Origin: Selaginella moellendorffii
Lineage: Eukaryota > Plantae > Lycopodiophyta
DNA length: 64,000 bases
NCBI RefSeq assembly: GCF_000143415.4
Contig: NW_003314458.1
Span: 8,822 to 72,821, forward strand
Direction: 5' to 3'
Positions 41,543 to 54,000 of the stretch are shown piece after piece (the first letter of the stretch is position 1; every line of letters begins with the position of its first letter). Position numbers and translations under genes: made by a program. The notes below the pieces were generated by a model that was not told the DNA's origin, did not search any database, and worked only from the letters and a program-made list of their open reading frames with translations.

Positions 41543-42502
41543 CCATTACTATAAAGAATGAAAACTGACCTTACCACATAATGCAACTATAAATGACAAT
41601 ATGTGCTGAGTAATAGAAGATAAACTCAAACTTATACTAACTAAATAACAAGGGATCTTTTGTTATAAAAATGAGTTTGGAAAGAGAACACTAAATGAAT
41701 TGATGCCAATTCTACACCTAAAACGATGGAGAGATCATTAACTTATTCACACAAGGACTCTCCACTACTCATGTGACTCTTTATTCCTGAAGAATCTCTA
41801 TGTCAAAACCTTGCACTACAATAGTATTAACATGATATTATTAATACGAAGACGTTAACCCAGTAAATAGATAGTGCCAATTTAAAAAGCATTGAAAACT
41901 TAGCAAATATCATGGCCACGACCACATCCTCGCCTTTGTCTTTGCAACAGCATCCATCTCCATTAAAACAAGAGCATCTCCTATAGGAAGTAGAGTTGAA
42001 GCATGTACAACTTTAAGTGGGAGAGGTGATGTCTCATAGTATTGTACTAGGTAAAGAGCATTGTCAAGAGTAGCTGGGGCAAGTGCATGCATAAGTTTCA
42101 TAAAATCTTGATGAAGTATTAAGCACAACATTCCCAACTTGATTCACTATAAGATATTGACTTTACATATTAGGGAGAAAGCTTTAATTTACATAAGTGG
42201 TTATCCTCAAACCATTATACCATTACAATGCCATCCTTTGAGACATGTGGGAAACTCATATTAATGCCGGGCATCATCAATCACCATGAAGTGATCAAAC
42301 CAATTGTATGTATCATCCTTAAGATTCCCACCGAAGAAATTTGGCCAGATGTAAGAATTGGCATTAAAAGCAAGAGAAGTTGCACCATACACCATGAATA
42401 TTACCATCAATTAAGTTTAATTATTCAATTGCAACTCTATAACATCAAACAATTGCATCAATTGCTATTCTATTATAACATTACACTTTTAGTAGCAATG
42501 AG
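41543..42502. repeat. About 1-kb unit repeated at 43251-43908 plus 55573-55875; shows the empty site of the TIR transposon
   Basis: Colinear similarity; GATATTGACTTTACATATTAGGGAGAAAGC versus AATATTAGCTCTA|CATGTTATGGAGAAAGC. Confidence 0.85.
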
Positions 42503-42951
42503 NNNNNNNNNNNNNNNNNNNNNNNNNNNNNNNNNNNNNNNNNNNNNNNNNNNNNNNNNNNNNNNNNNNNNNNNNNNNNNNNNNNNNNNNNNNNNNNNNN
42601 NNNNNNNNNNNNNNNNNNNNNNNNNNNNNNNNNNNNNNNNNNNNNNNNNNNNNNNNNNNNNNNNNNNNNNNNNNNNNNNNNNNNNNNNNNNNNNNNNNNN
42701 NNNNNNNNNNNNNNNNNNNNNNNNNNNNNNNNNNNNNNNNNNNNNNNNNNNNNNNNNNNNNNNNNNNNNNNNNNNNNNNNNNNNNNNNNNNNNNNNNNNN
42801 NNNNNNNNNNNNNNNNNNNNNNNNNNNNNNNNNNNNNNNNNNNNNNNNNNNNNNNNNNNNNNNNNNNNNNNNNNNNNNNNNNNNNNNNNNNNNNNNNNNN
42901 NNNNNNNNNNNNNNNNNNNNNNNNNNNNNNNNNNNNNNNNNNNNNNNNNNN

Positions 42952-43251
<300 letters not shown>

Positions 43252-44568
43252 CCATTACTATAGAGAATGAAAACTGATTTTACCACATGATGCATAAATG
43301 ACAATATATATTGAGTAATAGAAGATAAACTCAAAGTTATATCAACTAAATAACAAGGGACCTCTTGTTATAAAAATGAGTTTGGAAAAAAAACACTTGA
43401 TGAACTGATGCCAAGTGAATTGTACTCCTAAAAGGATGGAAAAGTCATTGACTTATTCACACAAGGACTCTCTACTACTTATATAACTCCTTGTTCTTGA
43501 AAAATCTCTATATCAAAACTTTCCACTATAATAGTATTAACATGATGTTGTTAATACCAAGACCTTAACCTAGTAAATGGATAGTGTTAATTCAGAAAAC
43601 ATTAAAAACTTTAATATATCTGGCCAACCTCATCACACACTTAGTAGTAAATATCACGGCCACGACCACATCCTCGCCTTGTCTTTGCAACAGCGTTCAT
43701 CTCCATTGAAACAAGAGCATCTCCTATGGGAAGTAAAGCTGAAGCATGTACAACTATAAATGGGAGAGGTGATGTCTCATAGTATTTTGTTAAGTAAAAA
43801 ACATCATCAAGGGTAGCTGGGGCAAGTGTATGCATAAGTCTCATAAAATTTTGACAAAGTACTAAACACAATATTTCCAACTTGATCTACTCTGAAATAT
43901 TAGCTCTAATGCTCTATTTCGTTAAAGTGGGATTTATTCAGTAAAATGGGACTAGGTACAAATTTTCAAGTATTTGAAAATGACGTGAAATTATATGTTT
44001 TTTGTCCAGAGGCTAGACATATCTGGGGCATGGTGACTAGCGCGGTGACTTTATGTCCAGACTGAGTCCATCTGGTTGTATAATAAATCTCATTGTCAAG
44101 GTGAACAAGCCGAATCTGAAGCTAAAGAAGAGCAATGGCATGCGCGCACACACTATTTGTTTGTTCATTGAGCGTGTGGTGAGCTTTCCAAGATGAACGT
44201 CATTCCTATTAGCCAGACATATCACTTAATGGTGAGAACATTTAGATATTATTCAATGTTATCTTTTTCTAACGAATCTAATTGTGAAGGTGTAGCAAGA
44301 GGCATTGCTAGTCTGGAGAAGTCATTTAACTCATTTGACCCTTAGTGTATTTTCATGAAACTAAATAACATTCATATTATTAAGGAATTTCTCTAGTACC
44401 TTTTTGTTATGACATAGAGGCTTGTATTTCTTTCAAAGGTGATTTAGTAAAAGGCTTGAGGGCACATGCCATTCTATTTCTCAGACCGGTATTAAGATAT
44501 ACTAGTGCAAAGGGAAAAAGGTATTTGGTGATTAAGTAAATGGCATGAGGGCACACGCCATTATAAGC

Positions 44569-44843
44569 CTAAGCGCTAGTGGACACCTCCTTTTTGGTAC
44601 TCTCAGCGGTACTATCATCCTTCTCCGGGTCAGTTGTTTTGCTTTGGATTGTTGTCTCTGACGTTACTGGGGCGTTCTCGATAGTTGTTAATGTTGCCGT
44701 TTGTTCAGAAAAATGATCACCTGGAGTATAGTACGGGGAGTTTGGAAGACTTATATATTCTACATCTTCACCTATCTCCTTCTCCGTCTCCTTTTCTGCC
44801 TCACTTACAGATTTTGTGCTTGCCATGAGAACGCTCTTCACCC
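44569..44843 (-). CDS. Possible additional 3' exon of the transposase gene (acidic, Thr-rich tail)
   Basis: Open in both copies (1499-1772 on +), preceded by TTTTAG; a donor CAAG|GTGAGA lies just before the transposase stop. Confidence 0.35.
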
Positions 44844-45106
44844 TAAAATATGGAGTTCGTTGTGTTATAAAAGGAAACCAACACACACGCTGCAAGGGAA
44901 TGATGGTACATAAAGCACGTAAGCCCACAATATGGGTTTATGTGCCATTAATATGGGCCACACGCCATATTATTAGATTTATGCACGTGTGATTGGTAAA
45001 TGCATATGTCACATCATCTCAGGCCACATGCCATCACGCCTCCTCTGATTCAGATTTGGATTGTTCACCTTGAAATAAAATACATTAGAAACTTAGTAAA
45101 GGAATA

Positions 45107-48100
45107 TTAATGAATCTCACCTTGAACCCGGGTTATGAATGCTCTTGCTGCATCTCTTGCATGGTCTGGCAAGGTGATGGTGGCACTCTGCTTCCGCATC
45201 CAACCATGCACAACATTATCCACCGATATGCTCATGCTGGGATCCCTTGGATTCAGCACCCATCTCTTTTCTAGGCAATCCTTCGTATATCCGGAACTTG
45301 GCTTGAACCACTCCACAGTTACATTGAAGGAGTTAGTTTCCGCGTCCTCCTCTGCATCAGTGATGCAGCGCCCCACCCATATCATTTGTTTTTTATTACT
45401 GGGTCTGACAAGCACGACCATTCCTTTGCAGACCTGTACTGGATTGAATGCTGAATCCGGCTTCTTGTTCCTCGGCCCACAATAGTGATCCTCAACATCG
45501 TTATCTGTCACTGCATTTCTAGAGGACATTGTTCCGCTACTATCTGGTGCTCTGGGTTCTGGCCAAAAGGACTCTTCCAATTCTTCATATACAACCGGCC
45601 CATTTTGGATAGTAGATATAATCTTCTCCCAGTATTCGAGTAAAGGCTTGCACCTCTGAAAATAGGATTCTCCACCAAACACCAACCCCCTCTTCCAGAA
45701 GGCAATATGCTGTCTAATCCCGGCCACTATACTTTCCTGGTCTTTGAGTCCATCCGGGTGCATCGGCCGTGGGGAACCCTGAGGAATCATAGGTTCCCCA
45801 GTTATGGGATCTCTCTTGAAGAGTTCAATGCCGTCCACTGGCAGCCACACTGTGTCCCATTCTCTCATCTTGTACCTCATCACTGGAGCATCGTCACGCA
45901 TGCTGAAATGAAACTGAAGAGGCTTGGAGTGGCCAATCAGCGTTTCGGATCCGTCCCTGATGTAGCCTCTTACAAACCCCTTAAAGTCTGGAACCTCTGT
46001 CAGAAGTGCAGCTTCAACAGTGCCTTTGATGCAATTTTGGAATTCATTGTAGAGTTGTGGGAGGGTGAGGACATTGGATCGCCGGAGGGACTCTGCCAGG
46101 TGACTGAACATGGCATCGACGTCTTCATGAGTGTGCCCAACCATGAGAAAGCCAAGTGTAACCGTTTCAAATATGCCTTTGGCAACAAGCATCCCCAAGT
46201 ACGTGAAGACGTACATGTTTTTGTTCTCACTGCCAGCATTGTCTGTTTGGAGCAGAAGATGGGGTGGAAGGCCACATTGGCCGCAAGAACTTCCTTGAGA
46301 TTCTGCTTCGTTTGGATGAGGCTGTGCATTCACCGGGCGACCAGCCTCGTCGGAATGGCATGAGGCCTCACGTGATAACCCTACAATCTGACGGCCAACA
46401 TATTCACTGGGATGGCATGGGGCCCCACGTGATACTGCAAGCCTTTGCTCCTCCTCCAGCTGAACCCTGTATGGGGTTCGATCGACAAGGGCCTTATGCA
46501 AGGGTTGGCCGTTCAGCTCAGTCTGCGCACTTTGCAGAGACCTTAAGTGTTTTGCTAGGGACGCAATCATCATGTTTGCACCCCCGCCACCCCATAGAGG
46601 TACAAAGAAGTTCCCATAGTTCTGGGCACCATGCCCATGAGCGATTATGCCAAACAGAGACACAGGCAGCTGCATGGATGAAGAGATTGCCTTGGGAGCA
46701 GGATTGAGTCGAGGTAAGCACGTCTTTTTCTGGTCCATTTTGTCGTGGATGATGCAGAGGTAAGAGTCAGGTCTCTCCATGGAAAGAATCCTGTTATGAT
46801 AATATGCAGTCCTGCAGCTTCTCTGCTCGATGTTGTGGTCGAGCCGCCTTCTAACCAGCGTCTCTCGCTCTTGAGTGCTGCAAGAATTCTTCGACAAAGC
46901 CATTTTGATAGCAGTGCACTCGTCACACTTTGAAAAGCTGGAGTACTTTCCTATACTCACATCCCTGAACCTGTTGCTCCACAATCTACTAAATCTAGAT
47001 TGGCTCAGCTTCTTGTAGCCATTACTCTGGAGTTCCCGATTCACATCTTCCAATATAGCCCCCTTGGTATACATGGAAGGGAGAACTCGTTGGGTGTCTC
47101 GTGTTCCATCTTCCAAGAGGCGGGTTTTATGTGGTTGCTGCTCGCTACATGTCTCGACAAACCTCTTGAAGATTGCCTCTCCATATACAACATGACCCCT
47201 GGTTTTGTGCATACCGTCGTTCCCATGGACTGCCTGTTGAACCCTTTGTTCCTCGAACTCAGTTTTGATTCTGTAGAATGTGGTTCGAGGGACTCCATAA
47301 ATGATTCTCCATGCCTTCATGCAGACCAAACCCCTCTGGAAGACCATGCCCCCCACCTGATGTTCTGAAGCATCAACAGATGATCGTAATGCCTCATACA
47401 CAAAATTGCGAGCTGCCTTCCAGGACAATGTCTTGTATCTTGCTCTCTCCTCTTCAATAGCATCCCAATTAGCATGTTGACAGCACCTCCTCTTGCAACA
47501 AGTAACTGTCGAGACCATTCGAACCTCCATCGCCATTTTCTGCCTTTTCGGTTCATTGCTCAGATCCCTTTGGCTGCGCTTTAGGAAGGTGTACTTTCTT
47601 TTCCCATGAAGAGATGTTCTGTCATCAGTTGTAGTGGTGTTTGATTGTGAATCCTTCACATTCTCAAACACTAAGTGCCTCAATTTCCACCGCACAATGC
47701 TTCCAATAGTCAGACTGTTTTCTTCTGTATCAACAACCTCTAAAATCGCAACTCCAATATCATCCCAGCCCAATTCTTGATTAGCAACTGCATCTCTTGG
47801 ATCGACAACTGTGGCTAAGCCCTCAGCTACCACCTCCCCCTCGGGGTTGTTTAGAAACACCTTCGCCTGAATCCATGTAGCACGGTTCTTAAGATCCACG
47901 GAGGGAACATGCGTCGCACTTGCGCTGTCCCCAACATCTGCTTTCTTCTGAAGATTTTTCAAGGCAACAACAACATTTACCCCGACGACCATCTCTCCTC
48001 GTTCAATAGCGACCACATTCCCATCGAAGACAGTCTCTACTGATACAGCAGCATTGCCTTCCCCAAGCCTTTGACAGTGTATAACAAAGTTCCGATCCAT

Positions 48101-48199
48101 AGACACAAGGGTCCCTTTTGCAACTCTCTTCCCACCATACCTTTTCCCCAACCCTGAAAGCCATTCTGAAAGTGTAGAAAAGAAGTTAAGACCATACAA
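45107..48199 (-). CDS. DDD/E transposase, Sola-like (about 1030 aa; true termini probably spliced)
   Basis: IIHDKMDQKKTCLP, LLLQTDNAGSENKN, FLMVGHTHEDVDAMFS, SKCDEC; uninterrupted 3.1-kb ORF between TIRs. Superfamily inferred from motif style and the 4-bp TSD. Confidence 0.85.
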   Translation of the reverse strand: MYGLNFFSTLSEWLSGLGKRYGGKRVAKGTLVSMDRNFVIHCQRLGEGNAAVSVETVFDGNVVAIERGEMVVGVNVVVALKNLQKKADVGDSASATHVPSVDLKNRATWIQAKVFLNNPEGEVVAEGLATVVDPRDAVANQELGWDDIGVAILEVVDTEENSLTIGSIVRWKLRHLVFENVKDSQSNTTTTDDRTSLHGKRKYTFLKRSQRDLSNEPKRQKMAMEVRMVSTVTCCKRRCCQHANWDAIEEERARYKTLSWKAARNFVYEALRSSVDASEHQVGGMVFQRGLVCMKAWRIIYGVPRTTFYRIKTEFEEQRVQQAVHGNDGMHKTRGHVVYGEAIFKRFVETCSEQQPHKTRLLEDGTRDTQRVLPSMYTKGAILEDVNRELQSNGYKKLSQSRFSRLWSNRFRDVSIGKYSSFSKCDECTAIKMALSKNSCSTQERETLVRRRLDHNIEQRSCRTAYYHNRILSMERPDSYLCIIHDKMDQKKTCLPRLNPAPKAISSSMQLPVSLFGIIAHGHGAQNYGNFFVPLWGGGGANMMIASLAKHLRSLQSAQTELNGQPLHKALVDRTPYRVQLEEEQRLAVSRGAPCHPSEYVGRQIVGLSREASCHSDEAGRPVNAQPHPNEAESQGSSCGQCGLPPHLLLQTDNAGSENKNMYVFTYLGMLVAKGIFETVTLGFLMVGHTHEDVDAMFSHLAESLRRSNVLTLPQLYNEFQNCIKGTVEAALLTEVPDFKGFVRGYIRDGSETLIGHSKPLQFHFSMRDDAPVMRYKMREWDTVWLPVDGIELFKRDPITGEPMIPQGSPRPMHPDGLKDQESIVAGIRQHIAFWKRGLVFGGESYFQRCKPLLEYWEKIISTIQNGPVVYEELEESFWPEPRAPDSSGTMSSRNAVTDNDVEDHYCGPRNKKPDSAFNPVQVCKGMVVLVRPSNKKQMIWVGRCITDAEEDAETNSFNVTVEWFKPSSGYTKDCLEKRWVLNPRDPSMSISVDNVVHGWMRKQSATITLPDHARDAARAFITRVQGEIH

Positions 48200-48950
48200 A
48201 AAATGATTGGAGAATGGCCTAAATCATAACATACCAAACAACCTCAATAGCATGAGGCCACATGCCATTATTCAAACATGCTATTGACACCCACGTGAAA
48301 TTTTGCATTCACAAAATTGGCATGAGCCCTCATGCCATCTTGATATACACACAGCTGCAGGCAAGTAAAAACATACATGACAATACGCTAGCCATGAAAT
48401 TGCAAGGGCCCAAGATGGCATGTGGCCTCATGCCATTTCTAAATGTGGTCCTAAGCCATTCCATGGTGAACATACCAGGAAGCACAAGTGCCGAATATCA
48501 AGAGGAAGCGGTAGCCACACCAAAGATAGTGCCGCTCGCAACACCGCAACTACTTGTAGCGCCGCTCGCAACACCGCAACTGCTCGTAGCGCCGCTCGCA
48601 CAAACTGCCACTCGCATAAACTGCCGCCCGCAATGGTGCTCGCAATGCCACAACCGCTCGTAGATGCATAAACCACAGCCCACATCACCGCTTACACAAG
48701 CAGCGCTCACTGCGCTCAGCGGAACCAAGAACACGGCGCACAAAAATGATAGACCTAGGAATGAGTTCGAGAATTCAAAAATAACACACGCTTGAATGTC
48801 ACATCAAATCCTCTGACAAACCAGATCTTATGACTCCTCTGACAAATTTCAAACTGAGTAGCTTCTAGACTTTGCTGTCGGAGGTTGAACTTTGTCACAT
48901 CATGTCCTTGCCTCGATCCAGCTATGCCATGTCAGTGATTCGAACTTTGC

Positions 48951-50350
48951 CATGCCATGTCAGCAATCCGCGCCAAGATTATTCGCCGTGTAAAGGAATA
49001 ATTATGCTCTGTGTGTACGTCCATTTATGGCAATATAAGGCCACACGCCATTCAAAAAATAATGCTAGTCGAGCATTTTTTGGTGCATTTTTGGGTTCAA
49101 AATTGCATGAGCCCACACGCTATAAAGTTTACCTGTACCAAAAATAGAAACAGCTTTATTTACTTGGGAATTTAAGTGGTTGAGGCATTTTTAAACTTAC
49201 AAACACATGCCCTACTTACATTCCTTTGGTTGCTTAAAATTCAAAAATATTATAAACCTTTCTTTTTGCATTTTCAATGTTTTCAATTATGGTTTTTGAT
49301 TTTCGCAGGACCAGCCTAGTAATCTATTTGCATCCCGTCATGTTTATAGCTAGCTTTCGTTTGTCCCCTTCGCTAGCCTGAGATACATCTGCTCGGCATC
49401 TGCCTCTTACAGCATTTGCCCAGAAAGGGCATCTTTCTTCACGCAGCATTTGCCACATGTTTAGGGTTTAGGGTTTAGCAATTCAGTAGCTTGATAAAAA
49501 TGCAAATACAGAACTTGATGCAAAATCCTTTGATATGTCACAATGCCCCTAGGACCATAAACACATTTCAATAGAGAGGGTCCTTTCATTTCATAACTCC
49601 TTACGTAGATCTTGGTGAAACCAGAGTTAGTGAAGTTAGTTTCTTGTGATCCCGCATCTGATTGTGATGTCCCTTTGCAGTGTCGATGGAAAGGTCAATG
49701 CACACCAAACTGTAAAATCTTGGAGCAAAATAACGGTCGGATCTATAGCAAATGCCCCTAAAACATTGTAAGGCTCGTGTGGTCTCATGTGGTGTCCGAT
49801 CGAGATGCTTCTTTGCAGGGTCATCAAGAAAGACATTGTATACCATTCTGTAAAATCTAGTTGCGATCTAATGGTTGAATCTCCAGAAAACTCAAAACAA
49901 TCTCGCGCGTGTCAGAATATCCTAGGAATATACTCCTATGTGCCCCTGAAAATGGCATGCGGCCCCACGCCATTCAAGAGATAACGCCAGATGACGCCGA
50001 GAATTTTTTGGTGCATTTTTTGGGTTCAAAATTGCATGAGCCCACACGCTATAAAGTTTATCTTTGCCAAATAGAGAAAAGTTTATTTGTGTCATGTGAG
50101 GTAGTTACAGTCCTTTGTGCTCGGCATCTGCCTCTTGCAGCATTTGCACTGAAAGGGAATTTTTCTCCATTCAGCATTTGGCCCTGAAAATGGCATGCGC
50201 CCACACGCCATTCAAGGAATAACGCCATAGAACGCCTGGATTTTTGGATTTAAAATGTTTAGGGTTTTTTGGGTTTTTTCAAAATATTTTGGGTCCAACG
50301 TTTTTTGGGTTTCTTTGGTTCAAAATTGCATGAGCCCACATGCTATAATA
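48951..50350. promoter_or_regulatory. Divergent intergenic region with three approximately 100-160-bp repeats, each with two palindrome copies, and telo-box-like TTTAGGG
   Basis: Repeats at about 49027-49130, 49951-50060 and 50189-50350; TTTAGGGTTTAGGGTTTAG at 49460-49478. Confidence 0.55.
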
Positions 50351-51061
50351 TTGATTTGAGAGAAAAATAGAAACAGATAGAATTTCTTTATTTAGCTGAA
50401 CATCTGCCATTTTTGGAAATACAAGATGCTTTGGAATATCCAATCATGCATGGTATAAATATAGCGAGGGTATTAAATGATATCCCAATCATGATCTTTC
50501 TTTTGGATTTCGCGTGCATGCAGTTCGAGGAATGATGACGTTGTGGATTTCTTTTGGATTTTGCGTGCTTGCATGCCCGCGGCAATCCAGAAATTAATGG
50601 TGGCGCCCAAGTCCGAGGAATGATGACGTGGCGGGATTACCAACCGTTGTGACATTTCGCGCGTGTGAGGTTAGGTTTTGCATTTTGCTTCGTACTCGCA
50701 CTCGCGCTCGCATCACACTCACGCTCCCGCTCGCATCGCGCTCCCACTCGCGATCACGCTCACTTCTCTACAGGTTTCTCGTGTGCATCGGCGTCCACTC
50801 GCACTTGCATCACACTCGCGCTCGCATCGCGCTCGTGTGCATCGGCGTCCACTTCAAGACACACCCAGTTTGTAACTTCGCCACCAACTCCGCCGCCCAC
50901 TCCGCCACCCACACGCAGCCCACTTGGCGTCTCGGGAGATTTCAGTGCCACTCTCCAACTGTAAGTGGCAGAGTAGCCTTGCTGCTACGATCCACTGCAC
51001 ACACTGTGCACATTCGCCAGCGAGTCCGGCCTCGATTGTCACGGCCTCCATTCGGCTTCAA

Positions 51062-54000
51062 ATGGTAAGTCTTTTAGGCCAAGTAGAAAATGGCATGAGG
51101 CCACATGCCATTCAGTAGCAACATTGGCATGCACCGATTGCGCTCTCGAGTGCAGTCCAGTTATAGATGGCGTGTAGCCTCATGCCATCTTAGGATGCAG
51201 CCTCAAGACATCTAATGCAGTGGTGAATGGCGTGTGGCCTCACGTTATTTCCAGCTGCTAGCTTTTCATCTGTCAGCTCTAATTGTTGTGCATTTCTGAA
51301 CAGGCGAGGAATTGCGTTCTTCTTCCAGCCACTGTCAATGTGGATGCAGAGAAGGGGGAGGAGCTCACCAGTTAGACTTTCGGGATGGAAGGCAAGGATC
51401 TGATGCTGTACAACACAGATGGTGGGAGAAAAGAATGCATGGGGATCCTCATCCAAGTGACAGACACTCCATGCAGTTCCATGCAAGAATATGGACTGGC
51501 ACTTGTGGTAGAGACAGCGTCCGCCTTCAAGATCCACCTTGCACATCCTAGCGGCTTCCCGGAGGGGGGCAGCGGCTATGAGGAATTCCTAGAGGGAGCT
51601 AGGGAGAGGTTGTCCAGGAGGCCCACAATTTCAAAGACGCTGCGGGTCTATGAAGATCACATGGAATCCACGGACCTCACCTACGGCGATGTTCAAAAAC
51701 TATATTCCAACATTGAGCCGTTGAGAGTGCCTCCAGTTCGCGAAGCGAAGGGGAAGGGGGTCGATCTGGAAACTACCCCGAAGCAGAAAAGGGTGGTCAA
51801 GCTCAAGCCGACATCCGACTCTGCTGCTCCAAAAAAGAAGCTACTCGGTGATGCCATTGCCTCGGGTTCGAACACTACACCCACCAAAAAGAAGAGCCGC
51901 AAAAAGCAGAAAGAGCAAGAAGAGGCAGCAAAAATCGTCGTAGATAATAGTACTTGTTACTATTCCAACAAAGTATATACAATCGACGTGACCCGTATCG
52001 ACATCCAAAGCAAATACAACCACAGGCTAGTATCTGATGAGTGGGTGGAGAAACTGAAGCAGAAGATGCTGGCAAGTCCAGTAACACCCGACATCGCAGA
52101 CGTGATCCCCTACTACCAAACAATGAAGGGCGAGACGAGGTTTCCAAACTTGATCAATAGGAAGGTGTTGGATGATCAGAACATCCGGTTCTATGCCGTC
52201 TCCGGGCAGCATTCTAGCTTGGCGATGCAAGAGATAGTTCTGGATATTATGGTGGGCGAGGAGGTGAAGAAAGTCTTCAAGACAAGAGTTGTTCGCCTGA
52301 TAAAAGGCAACTCGCCCCTCCGATCTATCATATCCATCTCCCACGCGCAGAATGTCAAGCAAGAAACGTGCTACAAATCGGGTTTGCACGAGACATTGGC
52401 ACGAACACGGAAGCTCTGGGTTCAACTGAAGAAGCCACAAAAACCAGGACAAGGACGTGCACTAGCAACTAGCGCCTGGCAGGTAAGCCTCGTTGCATGT
52501 GGCATAGCATGTGGCCTCACGCCATTTCCATTGCAGGAATTCTCGAGTCTTCTCTCGAAAACACTGGGGGTCAATGACACACTCAGCATCCATAACATTC
52601 TACTCGCGACAAAAGTTGTTTTTGACAAATGGGTAGATGTGCTGAGGAGGTACCATGACGGGGAGTTGCTAAACTCAATGGGTGTGGAGGACGGCCGGAA
52701 GCCTAATGATTTGAAGCTCAACGCCTTGCGTTTCTCGCGGTCTCTAGACGACGACGACCTTCTGACAGTGGCTAATGGTGAGGTAGTCTTCAACAAGACC
52801 AAAATGACTCCCGGCCATATTGTGACATACGAGGACTTGTGCACGACTCTGAGAGCTCGTGCGCTATTGAAGGATTGGATCTTCGAGCAAGGGGCCATGG
52901 AGAGGGTGAGCATCGACACCACGCAAGAGATGATGGAAGAGCTGGACTTGTCAAATGAAGACATCGACGAGTACGTGAAGGGGGCCCCCATGTTCATCGA
53001 TCTGCTGCGGGATGCCACGAAAAGTAAAGCTGAGAAGTTGGATCAGTATCCAAATTTCATTAAGAGGGATGTTGACCGCCGGCTTCAGAAATAGCTCGAC
53101 CCCGCAGCAGAGGCCTATCGAGAACCTTACCGGGTATACGTGAATTCGGATGAGGATCAAAGGTGGAGGAGCATCGTTTCCCGCGGAGATGAGCAGGTCA
53201 AGAACATCTTTTGTGTGATGGACTTCACAAACGAGGAGATCACTCATGCAGACGAAGTCAGCTCCATCATTGACTTAATGGTGGGACTTGCGGAGGTGGA
53301 ATCTTCAGTCCACTATATGATCTACGACTCCAAATCCTATCACAAGTTCTGGAAGGCCTTGAACGAGGTGAAGGCTCGGTTGAAAGGCAAGGAGATGCGG
53401 GAGATCCATGGGATAATGGCTAAGAAGAAGATACCGACGAATGTCCGCATCTTCACACTCGCCCTTGTTATTGGTCCTGCAGCAGAGTGGGACTGGAGTG
53501 ACTTCCTAGCTTAGTTCAACAAGGCCGATCGAATTGATCTGAGGGAGGTCAATTTACCCGTGCCTGAGGAACTGAAGATGGCTATGGAGCTTTCGAATCC
53601 AAAGAAAGCTCCAGGTGCAGCATGGGAAATGCTTAGCTGGGTCTTCAATGCAATAGCGGGTGACTCCAAGGGCAAATGCGTTGTCGAGTACAATTGCGGC
53701 AGACTATTCTTTCGAGCTGCACTACTCAAGGGTGTCCTGTGTGTTGCGGTGACAAACTCCATTGAAGAGGTGACTTCAATGGAGCATATAATTACAGTTG
53801 CCAAAGAAAAACAGTATCTTCTCTACGAACCTGGTAAGTACGCACTTTAAGTTTAAATGTTATCTCACAAGCTCTGTATGCAGGAGCGTGGCCACCCCCA
53901 GATGCTGAAACGGCGTTAACAGCTACTGATGTTAGGCTGAGCTCACTACCTGCACAAGGTAAGGTCACGTGAGGCCTCACGCCATTTTGATTATAGATCG

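Noticed and set aside
48246-51249. Palindrome clusters as a CRISPR-like array
   Set aside because: Irregular spacing, degenerate repeats, no cas genes, eukaryotic context.
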